Shown: positions 1-14,189 of the stretch, piece after piece
How positions within the stretch are numbered: the first letter of the stretch is position 1
Layout: the number at the start of each line of letters is the position of its first letter
Assembly: GCA_002269645.1 (NCBI GenBank)
Contig: NIVC01003721.1
Location: 1 to 64,000 of the forward strand
Origin: Macrostomum lignano
Taxonomy: Eukaryota
DNA: 64,000 nucleotides
Direction of reading: 5' to 3'
Translations under genes and position numbers: made by a program
The notes under the pieces: generated by a model
Told to the model about the DNA's origin: nothing
Database searches by the model: none
The model's input: only the letters and a program-made list of their open reading frames with translations

Positions 1-1590
1 AATAATTATGTTTGTTCATAGTTTGCAGTGTCTAAAAATGAAATCAGCAAAATGTTGGCCTATTAATCTCAGCATTGCCTTTTCCCCTCTCTGTATATTG
101 AAAAATCATTTCTGTAATTTAAAATTGTACGGCCGGACCGCTGCATGCTCGCAAGTGCCGGAATCGCCAGAACATGCTATACCTCTGTGACTCACCTGTG
201 CTCTACCAAGCAGGCTAATTTTGGCGCCTCAAGAGCTGTCTCCACAGGCCCACTATGGACTGCTTGGCAACCGGTGGAGCCTTGTAAATTCTGCACCCCA
301 ACAATTATGAAATTTGCTTTCTGTTTATCGGGTACAACTCGATAGCTCCAATACGGTATTGTCGTTTTGTAGCACTTATTAAAGCAGTTTGCTCCTTACT
401 CTGCTTTCATTTTGCAGCAAAAGTCCTAACTTTTGTTTGTTTGTTTGTTATTTTGTTTATCTGACTAGCTTTCACGCTGCTGTTCTGTCTTTTGTCTTGG
501 CCCAACGTAGATTATCTATTTTGAGCATGCCGGCCTGCACTGCCGTCAGTTGGCCACTTGGTTTGTCACTTAGAAATACAGAATATGAACGGGCTTGTGG
601 AGTCTGTCCACTGTTCACTTTGCAGTTTATAGTAACTCAACACTTTTATTGCTTTAATCTGCCTCTCGCAACCCGAATCTACCTCTTACTCAAATCTACA
701 TTTTACCCAATTCTACCGCTTACCTAGTTCTACCGCTTACCCGAATCTACCGCTTATCCGAATCTACCTTTTACTCGTATCTACCTTTTCAGATACGAGT
801 TAAAATTTCACAAAACTTGTGATTAATAATGGTTCGTAAAGTACCAGCAGGTCTACCATATCAAATTTAATTAGTTTACAAGCGAGTTTAAAACATAAGC
901 CTTAATTTACAATTCAAAACAAAAATACAAGTTTGAATCTAACTATTCTACTGATTTCAGTAGGGTACTAAGAAAAATACGCTGAAAATGACTAAAGATA
1001 TATGATCGTGATCTATAATAAAACTAATAACCCTACCACAATGATTCATGAAGATTGGGGGAATTAACGCATTGGTATTCCTTCCTGAGCAGCTGGGCTT
1101 ACCAGAATTGAGCAAAATAGGGGATTAATTTTTTCAGCATTTCATCCCTTTCCAAGCAGCCAGATTCCAACGTTCGTAATCCCTCAGCTGCTTGGGCCTC
1201 CTGGACTGCTCCCGCCTGCCATTCAATTCTGCTCTGCATTGTTCTCAAGCCGGAAATTCGCCACATCTGCCACAGGAATAAACCTTACTGGCCTCGGGCA
1301 GACAGCCTTGAAAAGCCAGCAAATTGCGGGATAGGCGCTTTGCAATAAATGACCGCACGCTGAGTTGTACGCTTGCCCAACTATCTAGAGATGAAAACTA
1401 CATGTATCTAGAGATGAAAATGTGTTTCAGTGAACACAGAAAACTGAACGAGTGGGTGGGCCAAGAGATTGCGATGCAATTACATGTACATGTATCATTT
1501 ACATGTACATGCAGTCTTAGTGAGCGCTGCATGATGAATGGGGAAGAAATTTCTAGCAAGATAAGGACGGAGAGGTACAAGTACATGTAC

Positions 1591-2735
1591 GGAGAGTGGA
1601 AATAGAGAAGAGTGGAGAGGGAGAAGGGTGGAGAGGGAGAAGGGTGGAGAGGGAAAAGGGTGGAGAGGGAGAAGGGTGGAGAGGGAGAAGGGTGGAGAGG
1701 GAGATGGGTGGGAGGGAGATGGGTGGGAGGGAGATAGGTGGAGAGGGAGATGGGTGGGAGGGAGATGGGTGGAGAGGGAGATGGGTTGAGAGGAGATGGG
1801 TTGAGAGGGAGAAGGGTGGAGAGGGAGAAGGGTGGGAGGGAGATGGGTGGAGAGGGAGATGGGTGGAGAGGAAGATGGGTTGAGAGGGAGATGGGTGGAG
1901 AGGAAGATGGGTTGAGAGGGAGAAGGGTGGAGAGGGAGAAGGGTGGGAGGGAGATGGGTTGAGAGGGAGAAGGGTGGAGAGGGAGAAGGGTGGGAGGGAG
2001 ATGGGTGGAGAGGGAGATGGGTGGGAGGGAGATGGGTGGAGAGGGAGAAGGGTGGAGAGGAAGATGGGTGGAGAGGAAGATGGGTGGAGAGGGAGATGGG
2101 TGGGAGGGAGATGGGTGGGAGGGAGATGGGTGGGAGGGAGATGGGTGGGAGGGAGATGGGTGGGAGGGAGATGGGTGGAGAGGGAGAAGGGTGGAGAGGA
2201 AGATGGGTGGAGAGGGAGATGGATTGAGAGGGAGAAGGGTGGAGAGGGAGATGGGTGGGAGGGAGATGGTGGAGAGGAAGATGGGTGGGAGGGAGATGGG
2301 TGGAGAGGGAGAAGGGTGGAGAGGGAGATGGGTGGGAGGGAGATGGGTGGGAGGGAGATGGGTGGGAGGGAGAAGGGTGGAGAGGGAGATGGGTGGGAGG
2401 GAGATGGGTGGAGAGGGAGATGGGTGGGAGGGAGATGGGTGGAGAGGGAGATGGGTGGGAGGGAGATGGGTGGGAGGGAGATGGGTGGAGAGGGAGATGG
2501 GTGGAGGGAGATGGGTGGGAGGGAGATGGGTGGGAGGGAGATGGGTGGAGAGGAGATGGGTTGAGAGGGAGAAGGGTGGAGAGGAAGATGGGTGGAGAGG
2601 AAGATGGGTTGAGAGGGAGAAGGGTGGAGAGGAAGATGGGTGGAGAGGGAGATGGGTTGAGAGGGAGAAGGGTGGAGAGGAAGATGGGTGGGAGGAAGAT
2701 GGGACGGTGGGAAAAGGGTGGGAAAGAGGTGGATG
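1591..2735. repeat. Purine-rich minisatellite (GGAGAGGGAGATGGGT-like, 15-16 bp variant units)
   Basis: Direct tandem repetition; explains the low-complexity ORFs called here on both strands. Confidence 0.95.
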
Positions 2736-3295
2736 GTAGTACATGTAAACATACTCGTACTGTTTAGTGGAAGCAATCAATATATTGTTTAGAAATGCCA
2801 GCAATTGAATCGAAATCCAATCCGGCTAATCCGCGGGGCTATTGAGGTAATCGTTGGGTATGTTCTGAACTTGTTTCTTGTGTTTCCTTGACAACAGTAA
2901 GTCAGTTTTGAGTTTCAATCAATCACTTGGCCAATGCAAAGAAATCTTGTTGTAATTGTGTCGCAGGCTGCATGTCTGGCATCTGAGTTGAGTGCACACA
3001 TTTGCCTGGCAACGAGTGCCTTAAGGTGCTCAAAGATTTTCTTTTAGCTCGTACCCAAAATGCAGTCTGCTTGGAAAGGCGCTCGCCTTAACAACTAATT
3101 GGCAGGCTAGAAAGGCAGACGGTCCCTAATTGCTTCTTTTGTTCGTAAAAAAATTACCGCGATTGGGAAGCTGTCAATTCTTCAAGTGGAGATCAGACAG
3201 CGGCACTGGGGAGTGAAAGGGGTCGACGTGTGAGGCAGTGAGACAGTGAAATTGCTAGGTAGAGAATGCATGCAGGAGAGAACAGTTATGGACTG

Positions 3296-3695
3296 AGTAG
3301 GGACTCGGGAGAGACTGAGCAGAGACTCAGGACAGACTGAGTAGAGACTCAGGAGAGATTGAGTAGACTCAGGAGAGATTGATTAGACTCAGGAGAGACT
3401 GAGCAGAGACTCAGGAGAGATTGAGTAGACTCAGGAGAGATTGAGTAGACTCAGGAGAGATTGATTAGACTCAGGAGAGATTGAGTAGACTCAGGAGAGA
3501 TTGAGTAGACTCAGGAGAGATTGAGTAGACTCAGGAGAGATTGAGTAGACTCAGGAGAGACTGAGCAGAGACTCAGGAGACACTGAGCAGACTCAGGAGA
3601 GATTGATTAGACTCAGGAGAGACTGAGCAGATACTCAGGAGAGATTGAGTAGACTCAGGAGAGACTGAGCAGAGACCCAGGAGAGACTGAGACGA
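3296..3695. repeat. ~20-bp minisatellite GAGTAGACTCAGGAGAGATT
   Basis: Tandem copies with minor variants. Confidence 0.95.
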
Positions 3696-5721
3696 AATCC
3701 AAGAGAAACTTAGGAGAAGCTCAAAGAGACTCAGCAGATTTGAATGAATGATAAAATTGAAGCTCGTTAAAGAGAAGCTTAACTAATCCCTGTGGATTGG
3801 CGCCAAAGCCAGTTGAGCTGCAAGTGACAAACTCCCGTTTAACGGAAGCAGAATCCAGCTAATGCCGAGGGGATGCAGTGAAATGGTGTGGTAAAAATCG
3901 GATTAAAGGATTACTCTGAAGTATTTTTTGACGAGCCGGATTCGAGCTCAATAAAAATTCACTTTTATAATCTCGGAAGAAAAGGAAAATCAATTGGAGA
4001 TATCAATTGGCAAGCAATATGTAATGAGGTGGCCCATGAACTGATGCTCACTCTCACCTTGCCATCTGCCGGTGGTTAACAATGTCATTTATTTGCATCT
4101 TCAGAGCAGGCTTATCTGAAATTTCTTTGGCAGAAAGGAACTGCCCGCATGGTGTGCTGTTGTGATGCATTATGATTAAGCGGCAGTGGGACATGCATAA
4201 TTCATGCCAAATAATGCACGCATTAGAGCAAACTGGGGAGGTCTATGGGAGCTCCCATCTCCATCGGCTCTCCTGGGGGAGGCAGAGGATGGCTATGAAG
4301 TCTAAAAGCCTTCATGAATTAGTGCATGCGTACAGACACTCAACCAGACACTCAAGCGACGGGGAGACCCCAATAGAACTGAGTCAAAGTCACCGGGTTG
4401 CGATTGAAATTTTCAGCATTTTCAAATACATCGGATGACCAGACAGTGGCTGGTTCCATGTAATCCGCCTTGCTGAACTTCAATTCCAGGGAGCAACATA
4501 GCTAGCTGCTGGTGACACAAGCACCAGAAGACCTTCCTAGAGGCTCTCCTAGAGCCTGTCGTCCAGGGCCTAGCGTAATGATTTCATTGGAGCAAACTCT
4601 GAGATTTTGTTCGTAAATTATACCATACTTATTATTACATGTACATGCAGTTTTTCAGATTCCTTTGAAAGACAAAGGCGACAAGGGCACATCTCGACAG
4701 TGCAGCTGTATTATTTTCTCAAGGCACACAGATGCTTACAGTGTTGATCTGTCCCTTCACCTTGAGCGATACAAGAGTTGACAAAGAAGCTACAACATAC
4801 CGTGTAGTCTTTTTGGCTGAGCAGAAAGGAAAGAATAAACATGAAATTAGACACTGCGCATCTCAGCTAGGAATAGCACAGAATTCAGTCAATTCCTTGG
4901 CCAACTGATATGCTGTTTATGTTTCCATCTCCAGTATCTGGCTTCTACGTGCATCAGGCATGGGTATCAAGGTCCCAACTGCTGAGAAAGTATTGCAGAT
5001 AATGAGGCATGCTCAATACAGGTAGCACATCATACATACCCTGTGGCGACAAAACTTTTATTGACTTTCTGAAAACAGTCGATCCGCTGAGCTCAGACAG
5101 GCTGGAAACGTTTTTTGACTCGTTTTTGAATGCTCGAACTGACTGACACCTGGGGATAAAAGGCCACAAAGGGCTGACTCAAAGGGGTGAGTCAAAGCAG
5201 GTGTTTTCATGTATAGGGGGATAAGAAAGACTTTGCAGCCACACCAATCTGCAACATCGAATGCACAGAGAAGAGGACAAAGGATGCTGGAGAAGCTGGA
5301 GGTGAGTCGGGGGAAATTCTCCCCTTGGCTAGCGGTAAACACACGGGAATTCGATGAGTGCACGCAGGCCGCCTTTCCTCGGCTTTGAGAGCGGCAGGCT
5401 CTGCCCCTCCCCCGAGCATAGGCTCCAGTCGCAATCGATCTGAAAATGTCCCTAAAGACTGACAGGGAGAAGAAGGGACGCTTCTTCTAGTGGAAATCCC
5501 ATCTACGCCTCTCTGTTTCTCTGACGAGGACAAAAGACGGTTTGGCACAATCAAGCCTTGCAGCGTTAGGGAGCTTACGTGCGCTTTGACTCCGCCACAG
5601 CCTTCGCCATGATTAGAAAGACTGAATAATCTCGCCATTATCAAAATTAGTTCCCTTTGCTTCTCCTTCGTTTGATAAGGACGTTTTGTTAGGCTTGTTT
5701 AGCTAATTTTTCGTCTAAATT

Positions 5722-6420
<699 letters not shown>

Positions 6421-7589
6421 GAGTAGTAAGTGGAAGTCTAGAGTCTGTTAACCCCGAAATCCCACAGTCAGAAAGTGAGAGAGCGTAGAGTTTCTTCTCT
6501 CCGCTTCTCACTGTCGAAGCGGTGGCTTTTGATCTGTGCCTCAGAAAAAGTGTCCCATTCAGCGCCAAATTTAGCAGCTCTGCAATCCACCCGGGCGGTC
6601 ATCAGGGTGATGAATAGCGGAAATGAGTTCACACTGCTTCTGCGATTCCTGCCAGAATTGCTGGCGGCAGCATTGATAAAGAGAAGCTCACAGAGACCAT
6701 CTCTTTCTTTCCGTTCTGTTCCAGCCACGTGCTATTGTATTCCCGATCAAGCACTTGCTGGAAATTAGGCGAGTAAACTTGGAATATTTAGGAGTCGCTG
6801 TTCACGGGACAATCCCAATCTATTCTCCGACAGGCTCAGAACAATTTTGAAAACTCATTCAAGAGACCCAACGGGATCTCTTAGTAAACAAACGCATACC
6901 GGCCTCACCTCAATGTCTACTCGCACAAGCTCTGCTTTGAAGCATTGAAATGTCAGTCTTAAGTCAGCTGTAGATCCATCAAAGGGAACAGGGGCCTTTG
7001 TGTTTGTTCCTTTCTATTCTTCGTTGGCTCGTATTACTTGCGTAATAATTACCAAACCTGATTTATGTCTAAACTCGTTTATACTTCTCTGAGTTAGACT
7101 CAGCGACAGGTATTGTTTGCTGTGATTCCTCTATACATGTAGGCTTTTCTGCTATTGAGCGCAAACATTTTTGTAGGCTTCACATTCCTATGAGTGCGTG
7201 AGGTTCAAGGCACAAAAAGAATTCCTCTATTCAGTTCAGCTACGCTTCTGCAAGTTTGAAACGGAAATGCAATTACCAGCGCATCTCCTGGACAAATCAA
7301 TCTTGTGTACTCAGCTCCCTGCAGTCATTGTCGCTAACCCCACGGATTGATTGGCCAGCCCCATTTCACCCTATTGAACTCGGCCTTTAGCCAGTGCACC
7401 AAGCTCAAGCATAGTAAGAGAGAGCGAGACAGAGAGTAGACAAGCGGAGATCGCCAGGACCCTCCCTTCTCCCAGCTGGCTCTCAGTGAGTCGCCAGGTC
7501 GCAGCCATTCTGAGCGTACCTTTGCTAAGGGGCCACGACGAGAGCGGTCCCCAGGCGCCGGGCCTGCAAACCGGCTCAGCTATTTTCAG

Positions 7590-10500
7590 AGACCGCACCC
7601 GCGGCTCCTCCGTCTCCGGATTGCCATCTGCGTCCTCGCCGGGGTCTGCAGCGCTCGGCGGACGGCCCGGTCGGTCGTGGTCGGCCGCAGTCGGCGGAAG
7701 CAGCGGAATCGGTGGCGGTGGAGTCGGCGAAGAGGACTGGGAGGTGCGGATCGGCCGACCAAAGGATCAGTCGGTGGGATTCTTTGCCGCCAACGAGAGC
7801 AGCCTCGGGGCGCCGGTGGTGGAGGCGGTGGCTTTGATGACAGCGACGAAGAAGAACGCTTGGTGAAGGCAAGTGCTTGTACATGTACTGCTTTACTATT
7901 CCTTGGAGTCAATTTAGTGCATGCGAGTTAAACGACTATTCCAAAATGCTCATATGTAAGTGTGGATTTTCCAAACCAATTCCTGGGATATCATTATTAT
8001 GCTGTACATAGATGTTTATACTTCCTATAGCTTACATTACATTCTTGAGTATTGTAACAGTTTATGTAAATTGACGTCATTTGTTGCACACTCGGCACTC
8101 CGATGCAAAAAATACGCTACGTATGTGCTTTTTAAAGAAGTTTTCTTTATTAGTCTTGGAATACACACACAAGGAGCACTGTAGTACATAACAGGATGTA
8201 AAACTCAATGATCGAGTAATTTTTTGAAGGCCACTTTCTTGGAAAAATACACTGTGGAGATAGGAAAAAATTATCTTCACATAATCACTTATTGAGTTAT
8301 ACCACAGTGGTCTTTGTCAGTTGTCGCAAGACCAGGTTTCTTCGGCTAGGTACAGTAGTATAGCTTGTCATGTTCCTCGCAACTGGCTCACTACTTCATC
8401 CGCCCTTACGTTCTTCAGCGCCAGGTGTACATCTGCGTAGTTTTCATGAAGATCGGCGAGATAGACACCATCAAGGAGCAGTTCGCAGCGGATGTTCTAA
8501 TCAAGGCCAAGTGGCGGGAGCCCGACCTGGACCACAAAAACATCCAACAGGGCAGGCTGGTGAGAAGCGAGCCTTTCTTCGAAAATCTTAGTACAGAACA
8601 CAGTAAAGTTGAAGCGCAAGAGGTGAACAGTTGAACTTTCCTAGAAATACTATTGATTTCCCTCTTGCAGCGCTAAACATATATAAGGAATGGCATGTCA
8701 TAAGCGCTAGCGACAAAAATACATAGCATTTTTTCAGTCTTGCCAATTCTTAAGTCTCTATCTATAGTCTCTGCTCTGCAAGTAGTGACAGATTGTAATA
8801 ACAATACAAGTGTATCTACGAAATGCGATACAATATTTTATTTGAGTCAAAACTATTTTTACTCAGTTCAACCTGCGGATGCCTTCTAGCCTAGCTAGAC
8901 GCTCTATTTTTCCCAATCCCAATCCTAATCTCGAAATCCGAAAAATCTACAGAGCTACACATCAAATTAGGCCATGATTAGTCAGGGTGGAATATGCTAT
9001 TAAATGGCATAAATCGATCAGATTTCCATTTCTGACACACAAGTCGCTGGATCGCCTAAAATCGCAAATCACGCAATCTAATTTGGCTTTGCATGCGGCA
9101 AAGCTAATTTTCAGAGCTGCCGTGGGTGAGGCGAAATAATAACAAAAAAGTCGCGTAAACGTTTCTAATCGATAAACTCTCGCTGGTTGCATAGCTTATA
9201 AGCTTTAAATGAATTTATTCAATCAGACAGTGGTAAACAATTTTTTACTTTGAATTTCAACATCATATACTGTTCTCAACATTCTAGGACTACGACTGGT
9301 CAAAAAGTTGGACCCCGAAGCTGTACATTGAGAACACTATCGGAGAAGGCAAGGAGCAGGTCTACCAGATGATTTCATTCAATGAAGTTGGTCACGCCTT
9401 CCTATTTGAAAAGCGGCGCGTCTCGGGCGTTTTCCTGGAAAATCTGGAGCTCAACCACTTCCCGTTTGATGTTCAGGTAAATGCATGAAGCCAGCACGAT
9501 GGCTTGTTGGCCGAATAAGAGCTTTTGCATGAAATCGACGGGATCTCTCTGAGAGGCTGTGCGCCTTTTTAAATCTGCTCACACGCCTACTCGGGGAGTA
9601 TCCTAATATTTGCGTGGCAAACGCACGAGTCCGTGTGTTCTTAAGACGTTCTGTGCCCTGTTTCTGTGAAGGTGGATATAAAAGATGCGATGAATCCGTG
9701 TACCCATTACCCTCCCATTGGCATGATATCCGGGCTGGATGCTGCCTAGATGGAATGCTAGCTGAGTGAGCAGCAGAGTACTCCAACCCTCAAGTAAAAG
9801 AGCAGATGAGAAGTGGCATTAGCAACCTTACATGTATTTCTGGCGAGAACAACTAGAGATGGATAGTGGACAGTGGAAATGCGCATTTTTTAGGTTCATT
9901 GTATGCATTAAAATTAAATGTGACACAAAATTTGCGCAAATAGAATAGAAAATGAGCTTTCACTACATTTATAGACAAAAATCATGCTGACCTACTTAAA
10001 GTAATCAGTAGTTTTTTATATCTTCAAGGACCTGACAATAACGGTGGCATCAAATCTGTCCTCAGCCGAGATTCGCCTGGTCAACGATCCCGACGAGCCC
10101 CACCGGATTAACAAACAGTCGTTTGTTGGTGAGGAATTAAAACTCAGTGAATTAATTCTTCGTTGACTTCCGCTATAAAAAGCCGCTGAAATTGAATAGT
10201 TAGCATTACAATTTTTGTTTGAAATCTACAACTAAGGATATAAACCAGATAAACCCGGAAGTTTTTTGACTACGAACGGAATATTCATCAGTCTTTTAAA
10301 AATTCCACTAAGGTCTAACAAAGATAAAAAACACTGAACTTCTCCAATCAACGCCTTAGACGAACAGGAGTGGTTTCTGTACAAGCACATCGACACGGAG
10401 CAGCGAGAGCTGGCCTGCGAGTACGCGGACCAGAGCTCCACCCGGCCTGCGCTGTCCGTGAAGTGTCGCGCCGCTCGAAGACCAGCTTATTTTATCTGGA

Positions 10501-12532
10501 ATATTTTCCTCGTCACGGTGAGTAGAAGTGCTCCTTCTACTTTTGCTTCAAGTGCTTACCCTCTGACACTACATACAAATTCCATATTTGTATGAAGTTC
10601 AACCACTATTGAGTTCAGACTGAAGAAAAGTTTGAGTTATTTACAGGTCCATTTTGTTGCGCAAAAAGCGTAAGCCACAACTGTTCGATATGTTTTTATT
10701 TAATTATATTGCTTGATACTTTTCAATCCATTAACTTCGTTAAAATTCAGTGATGAAAATGAAAAGTTTCGTGTCGCTTATGCATTTTGCAACTGAAACG
10801 CACCTGTCATCGTTAAAGTTTGCTTGATTCGCAGTAGGACTCACATGTTAATTGGCAAGCTCGTATACCATAATACAACAGTACCACAATTGTTGCCAAA
10901 CTCACCTTACCAATGCTTTCTATCAACGCCAACAGTTCCTCATCTGCTCCTTGTCGTTGGTAACCTTCGCAGTGAAGAGGGACCTGCCGCAGAACCGATT
11001 GCAGCTGACGTTCACATTGGTGCTCACGCTGGTAGCATTCAAATTTGTGGTGAACCAATGCTTGCCAAAGATTTCTTATCTCACGTATCTGGTAAGTTTT
11101 TTCGTGCACAGATAGCTCATAGCATCTAACAAGCTTTAGATACGTGTTACATCATTGTGTTAAGCTTGGTGCAATTGTATTGTTGTATAATATAATAATA
11201 ATTGTTTATACCTGCCCTAATGGGCACATGTGCAACCTACAACAGCCGCAGCTATTGCGCGGCGCATCTAAGGCTACATACGGCTGTTCAGTGCAAGTAC
11301 TGGGGGGTCGCCACACACCCTTAATTACATCAGCTAATGCTGGCACCCATTTTACAGCTGGGTGAGCTGAAGCAATGCATGCAAAGTTACAGGTAAGTGT
11401 CTTGCTCGAGGGCACAAATTGTTTCGAGTGGATCGAGAATCAAACCCCCGACAGTTTAGTCATGAGCCTGATGCTCTAACCACTAGGCAAACCACTCATT
11501 TTGCATTGTTGCATGAAATTGGAATGTTGTGCTACGATTATTGCAAGTACAAGCCTTATAGGAAATGTCAATAGCAACAGAAAGCAATTTAAAACTGCAG
11601 GACAAGTACGTGATCAGCAGCCTGTTCATTCTGACGCTAATCTGTCTGTGGCACGGTCTAATTGTGGTCATTGACAAGATCATCCTCGAACAGTTTGGCA
11701 TGGTGTGGGACAGTCTGGAAACTTACGTAATCATTGGCATGGCATTCAGCTATGTTGCCTATAACGTTGGCTTTGTCATCATGATTTTTTGCGTGGTAAG
11801 CTCGCACGGTGGAGCGGTCTTGTCACTGGAATGTACTAAGTAAAATAGAATAATGTGCTCAAAGCTGGAAGCCTAAAAATACTACCTAAATAAAGTCGTT
11901 CGTTTAAATTCGATGAAAAACAATATAACACTTTACAGGCCTGCAAGAGGCGACGAATAATGAAGCAGAAGGACAAGGAATACACGGTGAGCAAGCCTCA
12001 ATACGATATTGCACCTACCAGCGCCTAAAGTGCTAAGTTGGGCAGCTTTTACGAGCGTAACTTTTTAAAAGACAAACTCTGTCAATTTTACAATTTTACA
12101 GTCGTCCTCTTTTACAATCTAAATTTGCCCAACAATACAATAGTTTTGCATAAAAATGTTTAATGATTTAACTTTGTACTCGTAATTAATGTCTACTTCC
12201 TCCATATCCGGTTTGATCGCAAGAGGCTCCAATGCAGAAGTTCCGATTAAACGGTCCCCAGCTTGCTAGCTCGTAGCTTGCTGGTTATAATGCAGAGAAG
12301 ATATTCTCCCTTTTTATATCGCTTTTATCCTTTTTATAGCACCGGGTGAAGAGTTTTCAGCGCTATCAAAAAGTAATGTAGACTCGCAATAGCTAACCTC
12401 GTATATTTTCAGGAGCGAGTGAAAATGCAGGTGCGGTCCAAGGGAATGCGAACTAAACGGATGCTACAACAGACTCAGCTGCTACACGAGGTCAAGGAGA
12501 ATGGGCAGTCCACGGCGGTTGCGTTCATTTGA
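7590..12532 (+). CDS. Cys-less (Pro-loop) pentameric ligand-gated ion channel subunit. Exons: ~7590-7868, 8425-8559, 9288-9476, 10029-10128, 10360-10517, 10936-11091, 11601-11795, 11939-11986, 12413-12532. True start not resolved; probable missing G at 7807-7810
   Basis: Spliced translation gives VYICVVFMKIGEIDTIKEQFAADVLIKAKWREPDLD, WTPKLYIEN, ENLELNHFPFDVQDL (Cys-loop position without Cys), RRPAYFIWNIFL (M1), RLQLTFTLVLTLVAFKFVV (M2), LPKISYLTYLDKY (M2-M3), then M3 and M4. Exon phases from 8425 onward are consistent. Confidence 0.9.
11192..11488 (-). mobile_element. tRNA-derived SINE, family A, copy 1 (in pLGIC intron)
   Basis: Minus strand: A-box-like TAGTGGTTAGAGC, B-box-like GGTTTGATTCTC, central TTTGTGCCCTCGAGCAAGACACTTA motif and (ATT)n tail; aligns by eye with 33014-33246. 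Confidence 0.8.
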
Positions 12533-14189
12533 GTTCGACGAAATGACTGCTGTGGTATTCATGTCTGACTTGAGAAATTGTGACAAGAGCTGCGCGATCA
12601 TGCAATGTACGAGGAACAATTACCCATAGTTCAATCAGTTTCGGCAAATGGGTGTCTTAACAGCGGGAAGGATTTCTCTATAGCTACAAACCGCAAAAAA
12701 TCGCAGATATTGTACCCTCAGGGAGCTTGAAATCTTGGCGCGACTGGGATCATAATCAGCCCCTGAACTCAACCAGCAGTCTGTTGCTCAAGATGTTGCT
12801 CAAGAACATCAGAAGGACTACATCAGCACGCTTTCTGATGCTAGCAAAAATGCAGAAGGTTTAACTTCCTGCTTGAACAGATCAGTCTCGCAGTGAAGGA
12901 GAAGCATATTAGTCGAATTTATTCATCAGAAGCGACTGTTTTCTCGGTTTTACTTCAGCTCTGCGACCCACAGAGTGTCGTTGAAAGAGAATATTCTCTG
13001 TTTTCCGTCGGTTAAAACCCTGCAAAACGTTACACGGCGGGTTCAGTGAGAAACTGGGCTTGACAACACCGCCTTTCTGAGTCTCCGTATATCGAAGCTG
13101 AATGCCTTGAAGAAAGCAACCTCTGGTGATCATCGACTTATTACTATTGCAGAAGGTCCAAGATTCAACTTATTATCCAAGATTCTATAAATAATATACG
13201 AGTACAATGAGACTATAAAATTGAATATTTAGTCAGAATTAGACAGGAAAACTGGAATTGTTCCACGGGAAAGATTACAGGGCCATTACGCTCGTACGTG
13301 TAGGTAGGCTAGGCCCCTATGTGAAGCTCACATATGTAGGTACGCCCCACAGAGGTTTCTCATCCAGGCTCTACGAGCTAGTTACAAGGACCACTGTAGG
13401 TCCTTGGCTAGTTATAGAGAAATCTTTGCCAGGAGGTGAGTCAATGTGTATTTAACTTTAAAATAACTTCAAAATTGCTCATTTAAACATTTTTTGCTTT
13501 TTCCTCATAACAAATAAAGTTAATTTTCGGCCTGGTTGTCTCGCTCTAAGCTAGCTATTGACTCAATACACAAGCTGCTATAAAGCTTATTGGGTTATCG
13601 TAGTTTTAGCTAACTTTAATTGTAACTGTACTCTCACGAATAGATCCTGTCGCTTCGGAAACAAGCTTATACAATTGACTTACATGCAGGATGCAGCTCA
13701 AATGCGAGCTTTTGTCGAAATGTTGACAATCTCCAATGCCAACCGGTTTGTCTGCGTCAGTTATTTTCTTTTTTGTCCGGTCCTACAGCTAGCAGAACCG
13801 TTCTTATATGTTTAGCCGTACCTACAGCTGAGACTCCGCTTGCAACTTTAGTCACTGCGAATTGCCCTCATTTGACTTTTTCCGAGGCACCTGCTATACA
13901 CCAATTGGCTTTGAACCCGAATCTCTACTGATTAAACTTCAAACAACAACGCAGCTCTTTACTGGATCCATAAACAGTAAGCTCACATATGCCGCGCGCC
14001 TGTCAGTGCGAACTAAATTTCAGGCACCAGCAACTGCATCACACGGCACACGCAATATTCATTTTACAAATAAAAGATAATTAAATCGATTAAATTTTCA
14101 AATGTTTTTTTGAAGTTCAGTGTATTTCCGATAACTTCATTGCAGACTTCAAGCGACACTCAGTCAATTGCAGAGCGTACTTGCAGATC

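Noticed and set aside
1398-2804. 468-aa Pro/His/Ser-rich ORF and overlapping G/E/R-rich ORFs
   Set aside because: Minisatellite translation with no domain, splice context or codon bias
5284-5301. ATG mini-exon MLEKLE|GTGAGT as the first pLGIC exon
   Set aside because: Its phase 0 does not match the more plausible +1 frame at the 7589 acceptor; unsupported without transcripts
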